The notes beneath the pieces were generated by a model. It saw only the letters and a program-made list of their open reading frames with translations. It did not search any database and was not told where the DNA came from. Source: Malacoraja senta (Eukaryota). From it: a stretch of 64,000 nucleotides of DNA. This document shows positions 36,712-49,622 of the stretch, one piece after another. The first letter of the stretch is position 1. Each line of letters opens with the position of its first letter. The position numbers were made by a program, and so were the translations under genes. The stretch spans positions 5,642,001 through 5,706,000 of the forward strand of contig CM075998.1 of assembly GCA_038087875.1 (NCBI GenBank), written 5' to 3'.

Positions 36712-36888
36712 GGGGTCCCCACCTGAAACTTCACCTATCCATGTTCTCCACAGATGCTGCCTGACCCGCTGAGTTACTCCAGCACTCTGTGAAACGTCAC
36801 CTATCCATGTTCTCCACAGATGCTGCCTGACCCGCTGAGTTACTCCAGCACTTGGTGACCTTTTGGGTAAACCAGCATCTGCAGTTCA
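36712..36888 (+). mobile_element. PLE tandem terminal units
   Basis: Two ~66-bp units, reverse complement of the 6406-6682 array. Confidence 0.85.
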
Positions 36889-37180
36889 TTATTTTAAAAT
36901 TAGAGCTTACTTAATTTCACAAGAATGACAGGTTTGTGAGACACAGAGGGATCACGTGACCGTACTGGTCAGGCACTCAACTAAAGTTAACCTTGGATTG
37001 CTGCTGATAGTAGGTGCTTTAGATGTAGAATCAATGGACCTCCATCACGAGTAAGAGCAGGAGAAGAGCAGCAACCTTGCCAGAGAATGAAAGAGATGAT
37101 GCAGATAGGCCCTGGGTATGAGCCAAAAGTACAGAGTGCTGGAGTAACTCAGCGGGTCAGGCAGCATCTGTGGAGAACAT

Positions 37181-38208
37181 GCTCGCCTGCAGTCCGTCTT
37201 TTTTTTCTTTTGTTTTCTTTTGTGTTTTAGTTAAAGTTAGTTAAATTTAGTTTATTAGGTTGTGTATGTGTGGGGGGGGTGGGAGAAACATGGTTTTAGT
37301 CTCTTCCTTCGTGTCCCCCGTCTCCGTCTCCGTCTGCGCTGAGGCCTAATGGCGGAGCTGGCGGCCTCGGGGCTGTGGCAGCATTCCGGCGATGGCCCGA
37401 CTCAGGGCTGTGGCAGCGTTCCAGCGATGGCCCGACTCGGAGCTGTGGCGGTGTTCCGGCAGCGGCCCGACTCGGAGCTGTGGTGGTGTTCCGGCGGTGG
37501 CCCGACTTGGAGCTGTGGCGGTGTTCCGGCGGCGGCCCGACTTGGAGCTGTGGCGGTGTTCTGGCGGTGGCCCGACTTGGAGCTGTGGCGGTGTTCTGGC
37601 GTTCCAGCATCAGCCCAACATAGCTGTGGCGGCATTCTGGCGTTCCGGCGGCGGCCCGACTTGGAGCTGTGGCGCCGTTCTGGCGGCGGCCCGACTTGGT
37701 GCTGTGGCAGCGTTCTGGCGTTCCGGCGGCGGACCCGAATTCGGAGGCTCGGCCGCGGGCCCAGTGGACGACATCGTCGGGAGCTCGCAGGTCACAGGTT
37801 GGTGACCTGTTTTTCCGGAGCTCCCGCAACAACAGCTGCGTACGCTGGACTGGAGGGCGGCAGCTTCGGCAGCTTCGACCACCCCGGGCCACGGAGTTTG
37901 AACCGGCCCGTTCGCGGAGCACGGTTGAGCCACGGGACTTACTTACCATCACCCGGTGGGGTCACAACATCGGAGGCCTGGATCGCCTCAGCGCAGAGGG
38001 AGAACAAGGAGGGAAGAGACAAAGACTTTAAGACTTTTGCCTTCTATCACAGTGAGGTGCCTGGTGAACTCACTGTGGTGGATGTTAAATTTGTGTTTAT
38101 TGTATGTTTTTGTTACTTTTTATTATATGTATGATTGCAAGGCAACGAAATTTCGTTCAGACCGAAAGGTCTGAATGACAATAAAGGATACTTTGACTTT
38201 GACTTTGA
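37181..38208 (+). mobile_element. ORF-less GC-rich non-autonomous retroposon with Rex1/Babar-like tail
   Basis: Head CCTGCAGTCCGTC then T-run; tail GAAATTTCGTTCAGACCGAAAGGTCTGAATGACAATAAAGGAT(ACTTTG)n; motif blocks shared with 3586-4424. Confidence 0.75.
37367..37735. repeat. 35-bp GC-rich minisatellite (about 9-10 units)
   Basis: TGGAGCTGTGGCGGTGTTCCGGCGGCGGCCCGACT. Confidence 0.92.
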
Positions 38209-38209
38209 T

Positions 38210-38672
38210 GTTATGGGAAAGAGTGCAGAGAAGGTTTATGAGGATGTTGCCAGGACTCGAGAGCCTATAGGTAGAGGTTGAGTAGGCTGGGTCTCTATTC
38301 CTTGGAGCGCAGGAGGATGAGGGGTGATCTTATAGAGGTGTACAAAATCATGAGAGGAATAGATCGGGTAGACGCACAGAGTCTCTTGCACAGAGTAGGG
38401 GAATCGAGGACCAGAGGACATAAGTTTAAGGTGAAGTGAAAAGATTTTCACACAAACGGTGGTAGGAATATGGAACAAGCTGTTGGAGGAGGTAGTTGAG
38501 GCAGGCACTATTGCAACGTTTAAGTTACATATAGACACGTACATGGATAGCACAGGTTTAGAAGGATATGGGCCAAACGGCAGGTGGGACTAGTGTAGCA
38601 GGGACATGTTGGGCGGAATGGGCAAGTTGGGCTGAAGGGCCTGTTTCCACGCTGTATCACTCTGTGACTATA
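38210..38672 (+). mobile_element. CR1-type LINE 3' fragment
   Basis: GATCTTATAGAGGTGTACAAAATCATG...GGGCCTGTTTCCACGCTG. Confidence 0.9.
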
Positions 38673-39192
38673 TGGCAAAGGGATGACCACGACCGACAAT
38701 TAATGAGAGACTCAAATCCACATGGTAGACATTCTCACGTTGTTGACCAGAGTGCCTCATTGACCCCTTGCACGTAATTCATGAAACCCAAGCAAATCAG
38801 GACTGATAGTGAGAATGGTGCAATGAGTGTGCATGATATGCCTGCCGAGGTTGAATACCTGTAAATGGGTAAGTATTGTTGGAATAATAATGAGCCCGGG
38901 TTCAGACTGGTTGTGTTTTAGACCTTTCACTAACATTGACCACATGTGGGGAATCAGAGACTCCTTGCAGCATTGGGACCAGTTCCTTGAGCTTCATTCC
39001 AAGGACTGATTCCTCCAGGCACCTCCTCTCAATGGTACTTTATTTCTTCTCTTTGCAGCTTCTGCAGACATCCAACTCTCCAACTGAGATTCAGAAATGA
39101 ATTGCTCAGTTAGGGTGCCCCTCCCCTATCTGTGCTGCTAATGTAGTTGGGGCTTTAAACTGGTATGACTACTTCTATGGAGTGCATACATT

Positions 39193-39480
39193 GGGGCAGC
39201 AGAGTGGTGCAGCTGGTAGAGCCGCTGCCTCACAACGCCAGAGACCTGGGTTCAATCCTGACCTGGATTGCGTCTGTGTGGAGTTTGCACCTTCTCCTTG
39301 AGACCACGTGGGTTCCTCACGGTGCTCTGGTTTCCTCCTACATCCCAAAGAGGTGCAGGTGTGCCGGCTAATTGGCCCCTGAATTAGGCCTTGTGTGTCG
39401 GGAGTGGATGATAAAGTGGGATAACGTAGAATTAGTGTGAATGGGTGATTGATGGGCTGAAGGGCCTGTTTCCACGCTGG
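39193..39480 (+). mobile_element. HE1-type V-SINE
   Basis: Head, V-domain and tail. Confidence 0.85.
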
Positions 39481-39634
39481 GCAATGAGGAGGGCAAATGA
39501 AGTTTGCAATTTCTAGCTCATGCCATAAATGACACCGCAAATGAAATCAGATTAAATAATTCTGGTGTGAATTGCTTGGTATTTTGTCAGCCCCTTTTAC
39601 TTCCCCTTCAAGGAGTCAAAGCAAACATGAGATG

Positions 39635-39843
39635 GCCACAAAATGCTGGAGTAACTCAGCGAGTCAGGCAGCATCTCTGGAGAGAAGGAATAGGTGACGT
39701 TTTGGATCGAGACCCTCCTTCAGACTCTCGACCCAAAACATCACCTATTCCTTTTCTCCAGAGATCCTGTGTGACCTGCTGAGTTGCTCCAGCATTTTGT
39801 GTCCATCTTCTGTGTAAATCAGCATCTGCAGTTCCCTTCTACA
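39635..39843. mobile_element. PLE fold-back unit
   Basis: Two terminal repeats in inverted orientation. Confidence 0.85.
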
Positions 39844-40187
39844 TATAATATGGCTCTGGCACAGGAGGTTGGTGTGACAAAGGACTGGGTTAACAATCCG
39901 CAGTTAAAAATCTCAATTTGGCAGCTGTGGAATTAAAATTCAGTTAAACAATTTGGACTCGTTTTTTTAGACAAAAGACTAGACTCTAATGGCAAACAAG
40001 AAACTACTGGATTGTCATAAACAAAAATGTTTCTTTCTTTAATGCGGTCCTGAAAAGCCATCTTTTGTCACCTGTCATCTTAAGTTTTGTCTGATATGTG
40101 AAGCATCTTTGGACATTTGACTGCAATATGCATGCCAGTCGCTGCTATCTGTTGCAAGGTCAGGACAAGGTCAGTTTGGCAGATTTA

Positions 40188-40424
40188 AGGGCCTGTCCCA
40201 CTTTCACGACCTAATTCACAACCTTTTTTACTCGTGGACATTTTTCATCATGCTAGAAAAACGCCCCGACCTACTTGATGCCACGAGTACCTACGACTAG
40301 CATCACGGCCAGCTACGACCTACCTACGGCCTCCTACGACCTCGTGACGACCATGCTGCGAGTTTGAGTCAAGGGCAAACTCGGCAGAGGTCGTGAATTA
40401 GGTCGTGAAAGTGGGACAGGCCCT
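40188..40424. mobile_element. PIF/Harbinger-type MITE (237 bp)
   Basis: TIR AGGGCCTGTCCCACTTTCACGACCTAATTCAC; TTA TSD at 40185-40187 and 40425-40427. Confidence 0.93.
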
Positions 40425-41527
40425 TTACATGTCTGAGCTAGAGAACCAGGAAATACACCAGTGCTTCAGAATTAAACAAATATAGGAAGGAAGCTCCCTG
40501 CAAAGCTAAGACTGAATTATTTACACCTCAAAAGATATAATGTAGCAAAATATAATTTGTAACTTTAGAGAGATGATACTCACAAAAGTGCATCATAGGT
40601 AAATATAAATCACAGAATACTATGTATATCTTTTCATCCAAAGTTCTAAAATGTTTCATCTTTTCAGCTGTAAACACGTATTTTAAGCATTGTTCTTAGT
40701 TGTTTATTGTACCATGATAGAGATCTATACGACTGACTTCAGCCAAATTCATCTACAAAATACTCCATTTTATAGCTTCTCAGTTGCAATAACAGATTAA
40801 GTGTTATGGAATTTAAGCCTAAAAATGCAAAATTCAGGGTTTAAACAAGGATACTGACAACATTTGTCAAGTTGTTGCACTAAAACCTGATGCTACATGA
40901 AAACTGACAACTTTGGGGCAATATTTAAACTACTTGTTTTAATGTATATTATTACTTCTACATCCTGAAGGGAGCTGACAGACCTTGAACACACTGTGCT
41001 AGATAAAACCCAGATACCAGCAAATGTTTTCATCTGTAGACGTGAACAGCATTTCTAATGGGTAAAAGTTTCAAAATATATTAGCCTAGCAACTGGATTT
41101 CACCCATTTTTGGGTGCAAGCGGGTTCATATTCCTGGCAACAGTGGCAAAACAATTCCTTTTCTTCTGGAGAATCCTTCAGTCAATTGGGCTCTGTGCCA
41201 TTTCTTCAAAGGGATACAAACTGTCCAATACGATGATAAAATGATACTTTTATTGCTGCCTTGATCTTTTCCCTTTTTAAACAAAGATTTGCATCTCAAG
41301 ACTTCACTTTCAAAAGCGAAAGGCTGAATGATCTGATCATCTTGATGCAGCTGTATTACTGTACTTCTACAGCAATTAGGAGGAATCATAGATCCTTGCT
41401 ACTGAATAAAGTGGCTCTTGGCACTTTCCCAAATAAGTTATTTGCCCACAGGCTAAAACCCATAATTTAAAAAAAAAAGAATTCTAAAGCAACCCATTTC
41501 TCCACCATAGCACAATTTCAGTGGATA

Positions 41528-41698
41528 TTCTTAAGGGAGAGATTGATAGATTCTTGATTAGTACGGGTGTCAGAGAGTATGGGGAGAAGGCGCGAGAATG
41601 GGGTTAGGAGGGAGGGATAGATCAGCCATGATTGAATGGCGGAGTAGACTTGATGGGCCGAATGGCCTAATTCTACTCCAATCACTTATGACCTTATG
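41528..41698 (+). mobile_element. CR1-type 3' end
   Basis: GATCAGCCATGATTGAATGGCGGAG...GGCCGAATGGCCT. Confidence 0.85.
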
Positions 41699-43461
41699 AG
41701 GACCCGCCAATAAGAAAAGAGAATGGACATAAACGTCTATTTTTGTTATGCAGAGAAAAGTTGCTAATGGTCTAATCCGTCACCGTCAATGCAAAGATAC
41801 AGGTGGAAGATAAATAAAATCCTTACCACAGGCATTGAAGAATCATTGTAAATGATATCTAAACAAAAGGACAATAGGCCACTTTGTAGTCCACTTGGTG
41901 GGGGGGGGGGGGAACTACTTTGCACAATTACACATGTTTACCTCAAACCTACATCGAGACAGTTAGTTATTTGCCCACACATCTTACAAAATCTCTTTCC
42001 ACCCTACTCAGGACTTACCCATGACAAACTTTCTATTTTCTGCGGAAATATCAACCTCGCCTTTAAGCGATGATTTTAAAGGAGGAACACATTTTTTCCA
42101 AACATTTCAATTAAACTTCAGCTGGCCAACATATTTTGAGAAGCTCGGAGAATTTACTTCCTCCCACTTCATAATTGGTCCACTTTCATCCAAAGCACAC
42201 AGCCTGTATCCAAAATTGCACAGTGCCAACTGACAGGAGGCAGCTTGTGGGATAGGCTGACGCTCCACTGCACATTTTTCTACCCCCTGCTGACACGGCC
42301 CTCCTGCCCCTTGCCGAATGAGCATTCCTTACCTCATAGTCCAGCAAAGAAATGCAAAAATCTCACCACAGGGAGTTTGTGAATTAATTGAGGATGGAAG
42401 GAAGAGCGAATTCTGGATAGCACATTCATTCTAAAAAATAAAATCAGAATTTCATCACCATGCTCTGATCAAGCAGAAACAGTGGCAGATGGCTCCTTGT
42501 ATTGATTAGCCCTGATGCAGACGATTCTTGTACCCACTACTGTCAAGAGAATACGGCATATTCTACTACTGGAAATAAAAATGTTATGGACAGTGGACCA
42601 CGTTATTTAAAAAAAAATCTTCAATTTCCAAACATAAGAGATGCGATAAATATAACGGATGAACGAAGGCATCAATGGGTAGCTAACTTTCAATCAGCTA
42701 CCGAGCTGCATAGCAGTGTAAAGATGAACAGAATCCACCTGCTATGCCCCACAATCACAATCTGTAACATGCCTCTGTGTTTCAGAAGTATTTATTTTTA
42801 ATGGTGACTTGAGCCCAGACCCTTGCCCTTCATTTTCTTTTTCAAACGTTTAATGGCAACGTAGCAGGCATACAGCAGAGCACAAAATGGTAATTTTTTT
42901 CATATGTATCCCATAAAAGTTTGATCCAAAGATTTAAATTTATTGGCTCTACTTGTGTATTTATTTGGATTCAACTATATTACAACAGTTTTTGCAAAAT
43001 AGCTTGTTATCGAAAGGAGATTTTAAAAGTTTTCCATAAAAACGGAGAGGCCAAACTGTTAGCTCTCTATGACATAATTTTGATTGGGATGTGCATTTTG
43101 AAATTTAAATATAACAGGTTTCCTTTTTTTCAATTCTGCAAAACAACAGGGCTCTTTCTTACCCATTTCTACCAGGATTTTCCTCCCAGTTCTGAAGGAA
43201 TTGTGTGCTGGATAGGATCTAGTACACATCACAAGTCACCAACGTTACTTCAGCTGTCGGACCCCATGTTGACACCACCACAAGAAACTGAGAATAGGCG
43301 ATGTTCAATGCTGTTGAAAATGAAGGTGGCGATTTCTGCAGCAACTCCACACATCCATATGCAGGAGGTCGGAGCTGTATGCCAGCATTGGAAGTGTATT
43401 TTGTTCTAACAGCTCATTTACTCCACTTTGCCAAATGCATGGAGGTTTCCAAAATGACAAA

Positions 43462-43737
43462 ATTTAGTCTAGTTTAGTTTAGCCCACTGAGATCACGCAG
43501 ACCAGTGATCCCCCGCACACTTACACTGTCCTACACACACAATTTTACCAAGCTAATTAACCTACACACCTTTACGTCTTTGGAGTGTGGGAGGAAACCG
43601 GAGATCCCGGAGAAAACCCACGCAGGTCACGGGGAGAACGTACAAACTCCATACAGACAGCACCCGTAGTCGGCATCGAACCCGAGTCTCTGGCGCTGCG
43701 AGGCAGCAACTCTGCAGCTGTGCCACCGTGCCGCCCC
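43462..43737 (-). mobile_element. HE1-type V-SINE
   Basis: Near full length. Confidence 0.9.
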
Positions 43738-43805
43738 ACGTACTCCAAAGTGCTGGGGTAACTCAGCAAGTTAAGCAGCATCTCTGGAGAACATGGATAG
43801 GGTGA

Positions 43806-44585
43806 TACATAGATACATAGATACATAGAAAATAGGTGCAGGAGTAGGCCATTCGGCCCTTCGAGCCTGCGTCTTTGGAGTGTGGGCTGATCATCCAACT
43901 CAGTATCCCGTACCTGCCTTCTCTCCATACCCCCTGATCCCCTTAGCCACATCTAACTCCCTCTTAAATATAGCCAATGAACTGGCCTCAACTACCCTCT
44001 GTGGCAGAGAGTTACAGAGATTCACCACTCTCTGTGTGAAAAAGTTTTTCCTCATCACGGTCTTAAAGGATTTCCCCCTTATCCTTCAGCTGTGACCCCT
44101 TGTTCTGGACTTCCCCAACATCGGGTACAATCTTCCTGCATCTAGCCTGTCCAACCCCATAAGAATTTTGTACGTTTCTATAAGATCCCCTCTCAATCTC
44201 CTAAATTCTAGCGAGTATAAGCCAAGTCTATCCAGTCTTTCTTCATATGAAAGTCCTGACATCCCAGGAATCAGTCTGGTGAACCTTCTCTGCACTCCCT
44301 CTATGGCTATAATGTCCTTCCTCAGATTTGGAGACCAAAACTGTACGCAATACTCCAGGTGTGGTCTCACCAAGACCCTGTACAACTGCAGTAGAACCTC
44401 CCTGCTCCTATACTCAAATCCTTTTGCTATGAAAGCCAACATACCATTCGCTTTCTTCACTGCCTGCTGCACCTGCATGCCTACTTTCAATGACTGGTGT
44501 ACCATGACACCCAGGTCTCGCTGCATCTCCCCTTTTCCTAATCGGCCACCATTTAGATAATAGTCTGCCTTCCCGTTTTTGCCAA
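43806..44585 (-). mobile_element. Young CR1/HER1 LINE 3' part inserted in a PLE unit (43745-43805 and 44586-44720)
   Basis: ORF 44086-44769 RT C-terminus is nearly identical to 30240-30730; GTGAT flanks both sides. Confidence 0.95.
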
Positions 44586-45491
44586 GTGATGTTTCGGGTC
44601 GACACTCTTCTTCAGATTGATTTGGGGTTGGGGGAAGGGAAGAAAGCTGGGAAAGGGGTGAGGCAGAACAAAGCATGGCAGGTAATAGGTAGACAAAAGG
44701 CAAGGGGGGTATTTGGTAGGCAGGTTGCCAGATGGTGCAATGGGTAAGGATGGCATGGCGTGGCATCAAGCCAAGGTGTTATTCCCAGACCATGCTGAAT
44801 GAACTGATTCAGTGTTGGAGCTCCAAATTGGCTTGGCTGTCACTGAACCAAGAGGGTGAAACTATCCAGACTTAACAGTTCCAAGTAATCTTAATGGGAA
44901 ACTGAATGTAGGTGAGAATTTAGAGCACAGAATGAAGTGATTCGGCCCAAGTGGTCCATGCTGGTATTTATACTCCGGACAAGCCTCCCTTATCTTATCT
45001 CCCTTCAGCAGCACATCTAATCCAAATGATTGTGCTCAGCTGTAATTCTCTCCATAGTTAAAAGGTTTGCAAGCACACATCAGTTTTAGTTACTGGGCAG
45101 CAACTCGGCCAAGCAAATACCTGCACAAGCAACGGAACATGGGATTTAGGCGGGAGATTTTAGAAATAACCTAGGATATGGCAAGTTGCCACTGGCTGAT
45201 TTACAAATCAAAATGCCTCGGAGTCTGCCAACATGCACCCATTAAAATTGGGCAGAGGAAGGATAGGGATGAGAGGATAGTTGGCAGCACCAAGTTAAAT
45301 GATAGGAAGTGACGGGACGGGGTGGGGAGGTATCTGAGTGGGTTGGCAGTTGGGAAACAAGAGACCCAGATCAGCTGTCCTGTTCTTGGTCCCACAAGGA
45401 AAAAAAATGTAATACAAATCATCCCTCCAGACCCAGATCACTTCCTCTGCCCGACAGCTCGGTGAAGTAGGTCACCACTGCTCTCTTGTTT

Positions 45492-45782
45492 GGGTGGCAC
45501 GGTGGGTCAGCGGTAGAGTTGCTGCCTCACAGCGCCAGAGACCCGGGTTCCATCCTGACTACGGGTGCTGTCTGTACGGAGTTTGTACCTTCTCCCCGTG
45601 ACCTGCGTGGGTTTTCTCCAAGATCTTCGGTTTCCTCCCACACTCCAAAGAAGTAGGTTAATTACTATTGGCTTGGTATAAATGTAATTTGCCCCTAGTG
45701 TGAGTAGGATAGTGTTAAAGTGCGGGGATCGCTGGTCGGTGTGGACTCGGTGGGCCAAAGGGCCTTTATCTCTAAACTAACA
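45492..45782 (+). mobile_element. HE1-type V-SINE flanked by a 43-bp direct repeat
   Basis: Repeat at 45445-45487 and 45791-45833. Confidence 0.9.
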
Positions 45783-46639
45783 GCAACTATCTCTGCCCGA
45801 CAGCTAGCCAAAGTAGGTCACCACTGCTCTCTTCTTCAGGCCGCAGGTTAATAGTGCAGTCACTCGTTGATGAAAACATCACAGTCCATTAGATTCAGAT
45901 GGGTGGGGAGCAGTTAAAAGTTTTGTTACCTTATTGGGATTAATAGTTTTAACCATTGTTGCTATTTATAATGCGTAAGTAGTTCACAGAGCGTGGATTG
46001 TGAATGACACCTCCCCAGAGTAAGGTGGAAAACCCCACGGGTAGAGATGAGGTGAGGCGAGTCAAAAGTCAACTCCAATCACAGAAAATTGAGTACAAAA
46101 AAGAACAAAGGTCACCTTTAATATTGAGAAGCCAGCTAATGAAGATAGCAAGGACCTGCAAAATGTTAGAGGATCAAACGTAGCCAGAATGTGCAGAATG
46201 AAATACGAGGGGACTATAGTTGATAGAGTAGAGATGAAGAAACTTGGATCCAGGTCAATTCTTCTTATTTTCCACTAACTAATCCTTATTATTAACTTGC
46301 CGTTGACTGGTTGGCAGATGGAATGTTCCAGTCCAGGCATGACTCCTATTTCACTTGGCGACTGCCTCGTATTGGACATATTTTGAGGCAGATGTTAAAC
46401 TTGCTGCCTTCTACAAAATCAGGTGATTGTCGAGGATAGGATTCTTCCTTCTCCTCTGGGGATTACCCTTCTGCACAATTTCCGCCTCTCTATTCTTTGG
46501 GGCGTGCTAATGAGTTAGATCTTGACTCCTATTCTTGCTTTGATTAAATGCAGCTGTACTTGTGTATTAATGCAAATGCCTGCATGATCATGCATCCCAC
46601 CACTTCAAAGGTATGATCCCTGGCCCCTTCATTTGGTAA

Positions 46640-46932
46640 TTTAGTTTAGTTTAGAGATACAGCACGGAAACAGGCCCTTCGACCCACCCAGTCCGCGTCA
46701 ATCCCCGCAAACTAATACTATCCTACGCAAAAGGACAATTTACAATTTTACCAAGCTAATTAACCCATAAACCTGTACATCTTTAGAGAGTGGGAGGAAA
46801 CCGGAATGGCCGGAAAAAAATCCACGCAGATCATGGGGCGAATGTAGAAACTCCATACAGACAGCACCCGTAGTCATAATCGAACCCGGGTCTCTGGCAC
46901 TGTGAGGTAATAACTCTACCACTGCACCACCA
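46640..46932 (-). mobile_element. HE1-type V-SINE
   Basis: Head, V-domain and tail. Confidence 0.9.
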
Positions 46933-48019
46933 TGGTGGTGCAGTATCTGTAATCAAACAGTTAAATCTTATTGTTCCCTTCCATTCGTCAACTACTTTGC
47001 CTTAAAGAATCCTTAACATTATAGAACATAGGAAAATGTTAGCTTTGCATTCAAATCCAATTATTTTCTGTCACAAACCTGTTCGCACTTTATTCAAAAT
47101 TACTAATGCCCTGTCATAGCCTATTGAGCAGAACATTTTTAAAGAAAATCAGATAAATGAGGCAAAACTTGGCTACTTAAGTTTCAAGCATAAATAGCTC
47201 TTTCGGGGTTTGAAGCCACTGAATTGCTCATGTATCAAGGCCAAAACCAATTTGGGATCATGAACAAACCTTAGTACGGCACCACAGACTATAAATTTAA
47301 GAGATTAAAACAAGCTACCACTCAAGAAAAATACCAATGCTAACTAAACTTTAGAAAGACAACTCACCCAGTTTTTAAATGCACGGCAGACATTTGTCAC
47401 TCTAGGTCTTAAAATATAAATATTGCTCTGGAGTGCAAACGTCAGACAACAGTCCAGGCCATGGAAAATAAAGACACAGTAAACTAGAGCAAAAAGACCT
47501 TGAGCAATACACCACCTTATTAGGCATGACCCTTATTATTCCAAGATGGGTGGAGATCAAAGTGAGATGTGATTTGAAGAAATTACTTTTGACAGTGAAT
47601 GCATTGCACTTGATGCCGTATAACCTAATGCAATATTCTTTCCAGACACGGGTCACCTAGAATCCTATAAATGAAACAGGTACATGGAACTGCAACAGCA
47701 AGAAAAATAACTGAACAAAAATACTCATTACCAATGACATAGACTACGACTGCAGATGGCTTTCTCTCAGTCATTCTCAAATATTTAACTAATCTTATGG
47801 TTCAAATGATAAAAACAACCTGCCCAAACTCTCCTCTCAAGTGCCATCTCCATCTCAAATTCAATCTCACTGTGTTCTTCCACTTCAACTGAAATATCTC
47901 CAATTAAAATTCCAGACAGTTGGAGAAAATATAGATTTTTAAAAAGAGTCAAGGCAGCATGCATGAAAGCAACCATCCTCTAGAAACATAACAGATTTTG
48001 GAGATCCACATTCCTGTGA

Positions 48020-49622
48020 GACTTACATGATACATGAGGTGTGTCATGCCATGAACAAGCTGTCCAACAACAAAGCAAGTGGCTTGGATCATATTTCTGC
48101 TGAATATCTTAACTATGCCAGTATGAGGGTAGCTCCTCTCCTTGCTATTTGTTTTACTGGCTTTATGATTCATGGCTTGTTACCAGACTCAATGTTGTCT
48201 GTTCTGTTAGTGCCAGTCATTAAGGACAAAGCTGGTAAAGTAGGCAGCCTAAATAATTACAGGTCCATAGCTTTAGCCAGCATATTGTCACAAGTCCTAG
48301 AAAGAATTCTGCTGGATAGATTAAATGAGTTTGTGAACTCCACAGATAACCAGTTTGGTTTTAAAGCTAAACATGGCACTGATGTGTATATATGCCCTAA
48401 AGGAGATTGTACACAAATATAGGGGTAAAAACTCATCAATTCTTATGTGCCTTATTGATGCTTCCAAAGCCTTTGATCATGTTAACCATAGAAAGCTGTT
48501 TGTTAAAATGAGTCAAAGAGGGGTGCCTAAATACATTGTGAGAATTCTGACATACAGGTATGCCCACCAGACTATGCAAATAAAATGGGGCAATAGGGTC
48601 TCAGCCCCATTTGGGGTTAGACATCATGTCAGACAAAGGGGGGGGGGGGATTTTGTCCCCAGTCCTTTTTAATCTTTATATTGATGATCTGTCCAAGCAA
48701 TTGAAAGCCTGTAATACTGGGTGCATGATTGGTAATACTTTACTGAACCATAATATGTATGCAGATGATCTTGTGGTCTTCAGTCCATCTAGCGCTGGTC
48801 TACAGCAGCTCCTTACTATGATGTTCTGTGTGTGGTGTGGAACATGATATCAAATATAATGCTGGTAAGAGTGCTGTTATAATCTGTGGAACCAAAGAGG
48901 ATAAATGTCTAATATTTCCTGATTTTAAATTGTCTGACAATAATCTTAAGTGTCTGTAATAAGGTAAAATATCTTGGACATTTTAATACAGAACTAATGA
49001 CAGATGATGAGGATATTTATAGGCAACGCCGTATTATGTATGCGCATGCAAACATTATCTTACGCAAATTTAGTGCGTGTACAGATGGAGTGAAGCTGTC
49101 TCTGTTCAGAGTATATTGTACACCACTCTATACTGCACACCAGTGGTCAAACTACAGAAAAACAAGTTTACAGAGACTTAAAGTAGCGTATAATGATGCC
49201 ATGAGAATACTACTAAAGAAACCTAGATGGTGTAGTGCAAGTAAAATGTTTGTGGCTGCAGGAGTCAGTACTATACAAGTTATCCTAAGAAATCTTATGT
49301 ATACATTTATTTGCTGGTTTAATGACTCTGAAAATGAAATTATCTTGGTCTTATCAAACATAAGGTTTAGCACTACACGCTACCAATCCCAGCTGTGGAG
49401 ACATTGGTATAGTTGTCTCCTTGTAGGACACTGATCTTTCTTTTTATTCTGGTTTTTAAACCATGTATTGTGGTTTTGTATATAATTTATGATGCTCTTA
49501 TAAGTAAATTACTAAGCTTTTATATGTATTTTATGGTGATTTTATATGCAATGTGTTTTATGTAATGTCGTCTTTTATCTGGACCTTGAGTCTGAAATAA
49601 AAGTGTAATAATAATAATAATA
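48020..49622 (+). mobile_element. 5'-truncated non-LTR retrotransposon, RTE-X-like RT with frameshifts
   Basis: KASGLDHIS, NNYRSIAL, DNQFGFK, IDASKAFDHVNH, ILSPVLFNLYIDDL, MYADDLV, YLG; 3' end GAGTCTGAAATAAAA then (TAA)n. Confidence 0.85.

Noticed and set aside
37296-38134. 218-261 aa repetitive ORFs
   Set aside because: Product of the 35-bp VNTR; the unit is not a multiple of three and frames are open on both strands.
39845-40090. Possible ancient chondrichthyan SINE
   Set aside because: Too diverged to call by eye.
42921-43409. 162-aa ORF in unique DNA
   Set aside because: TTG start, AT-rich composition, no recognisable domain.
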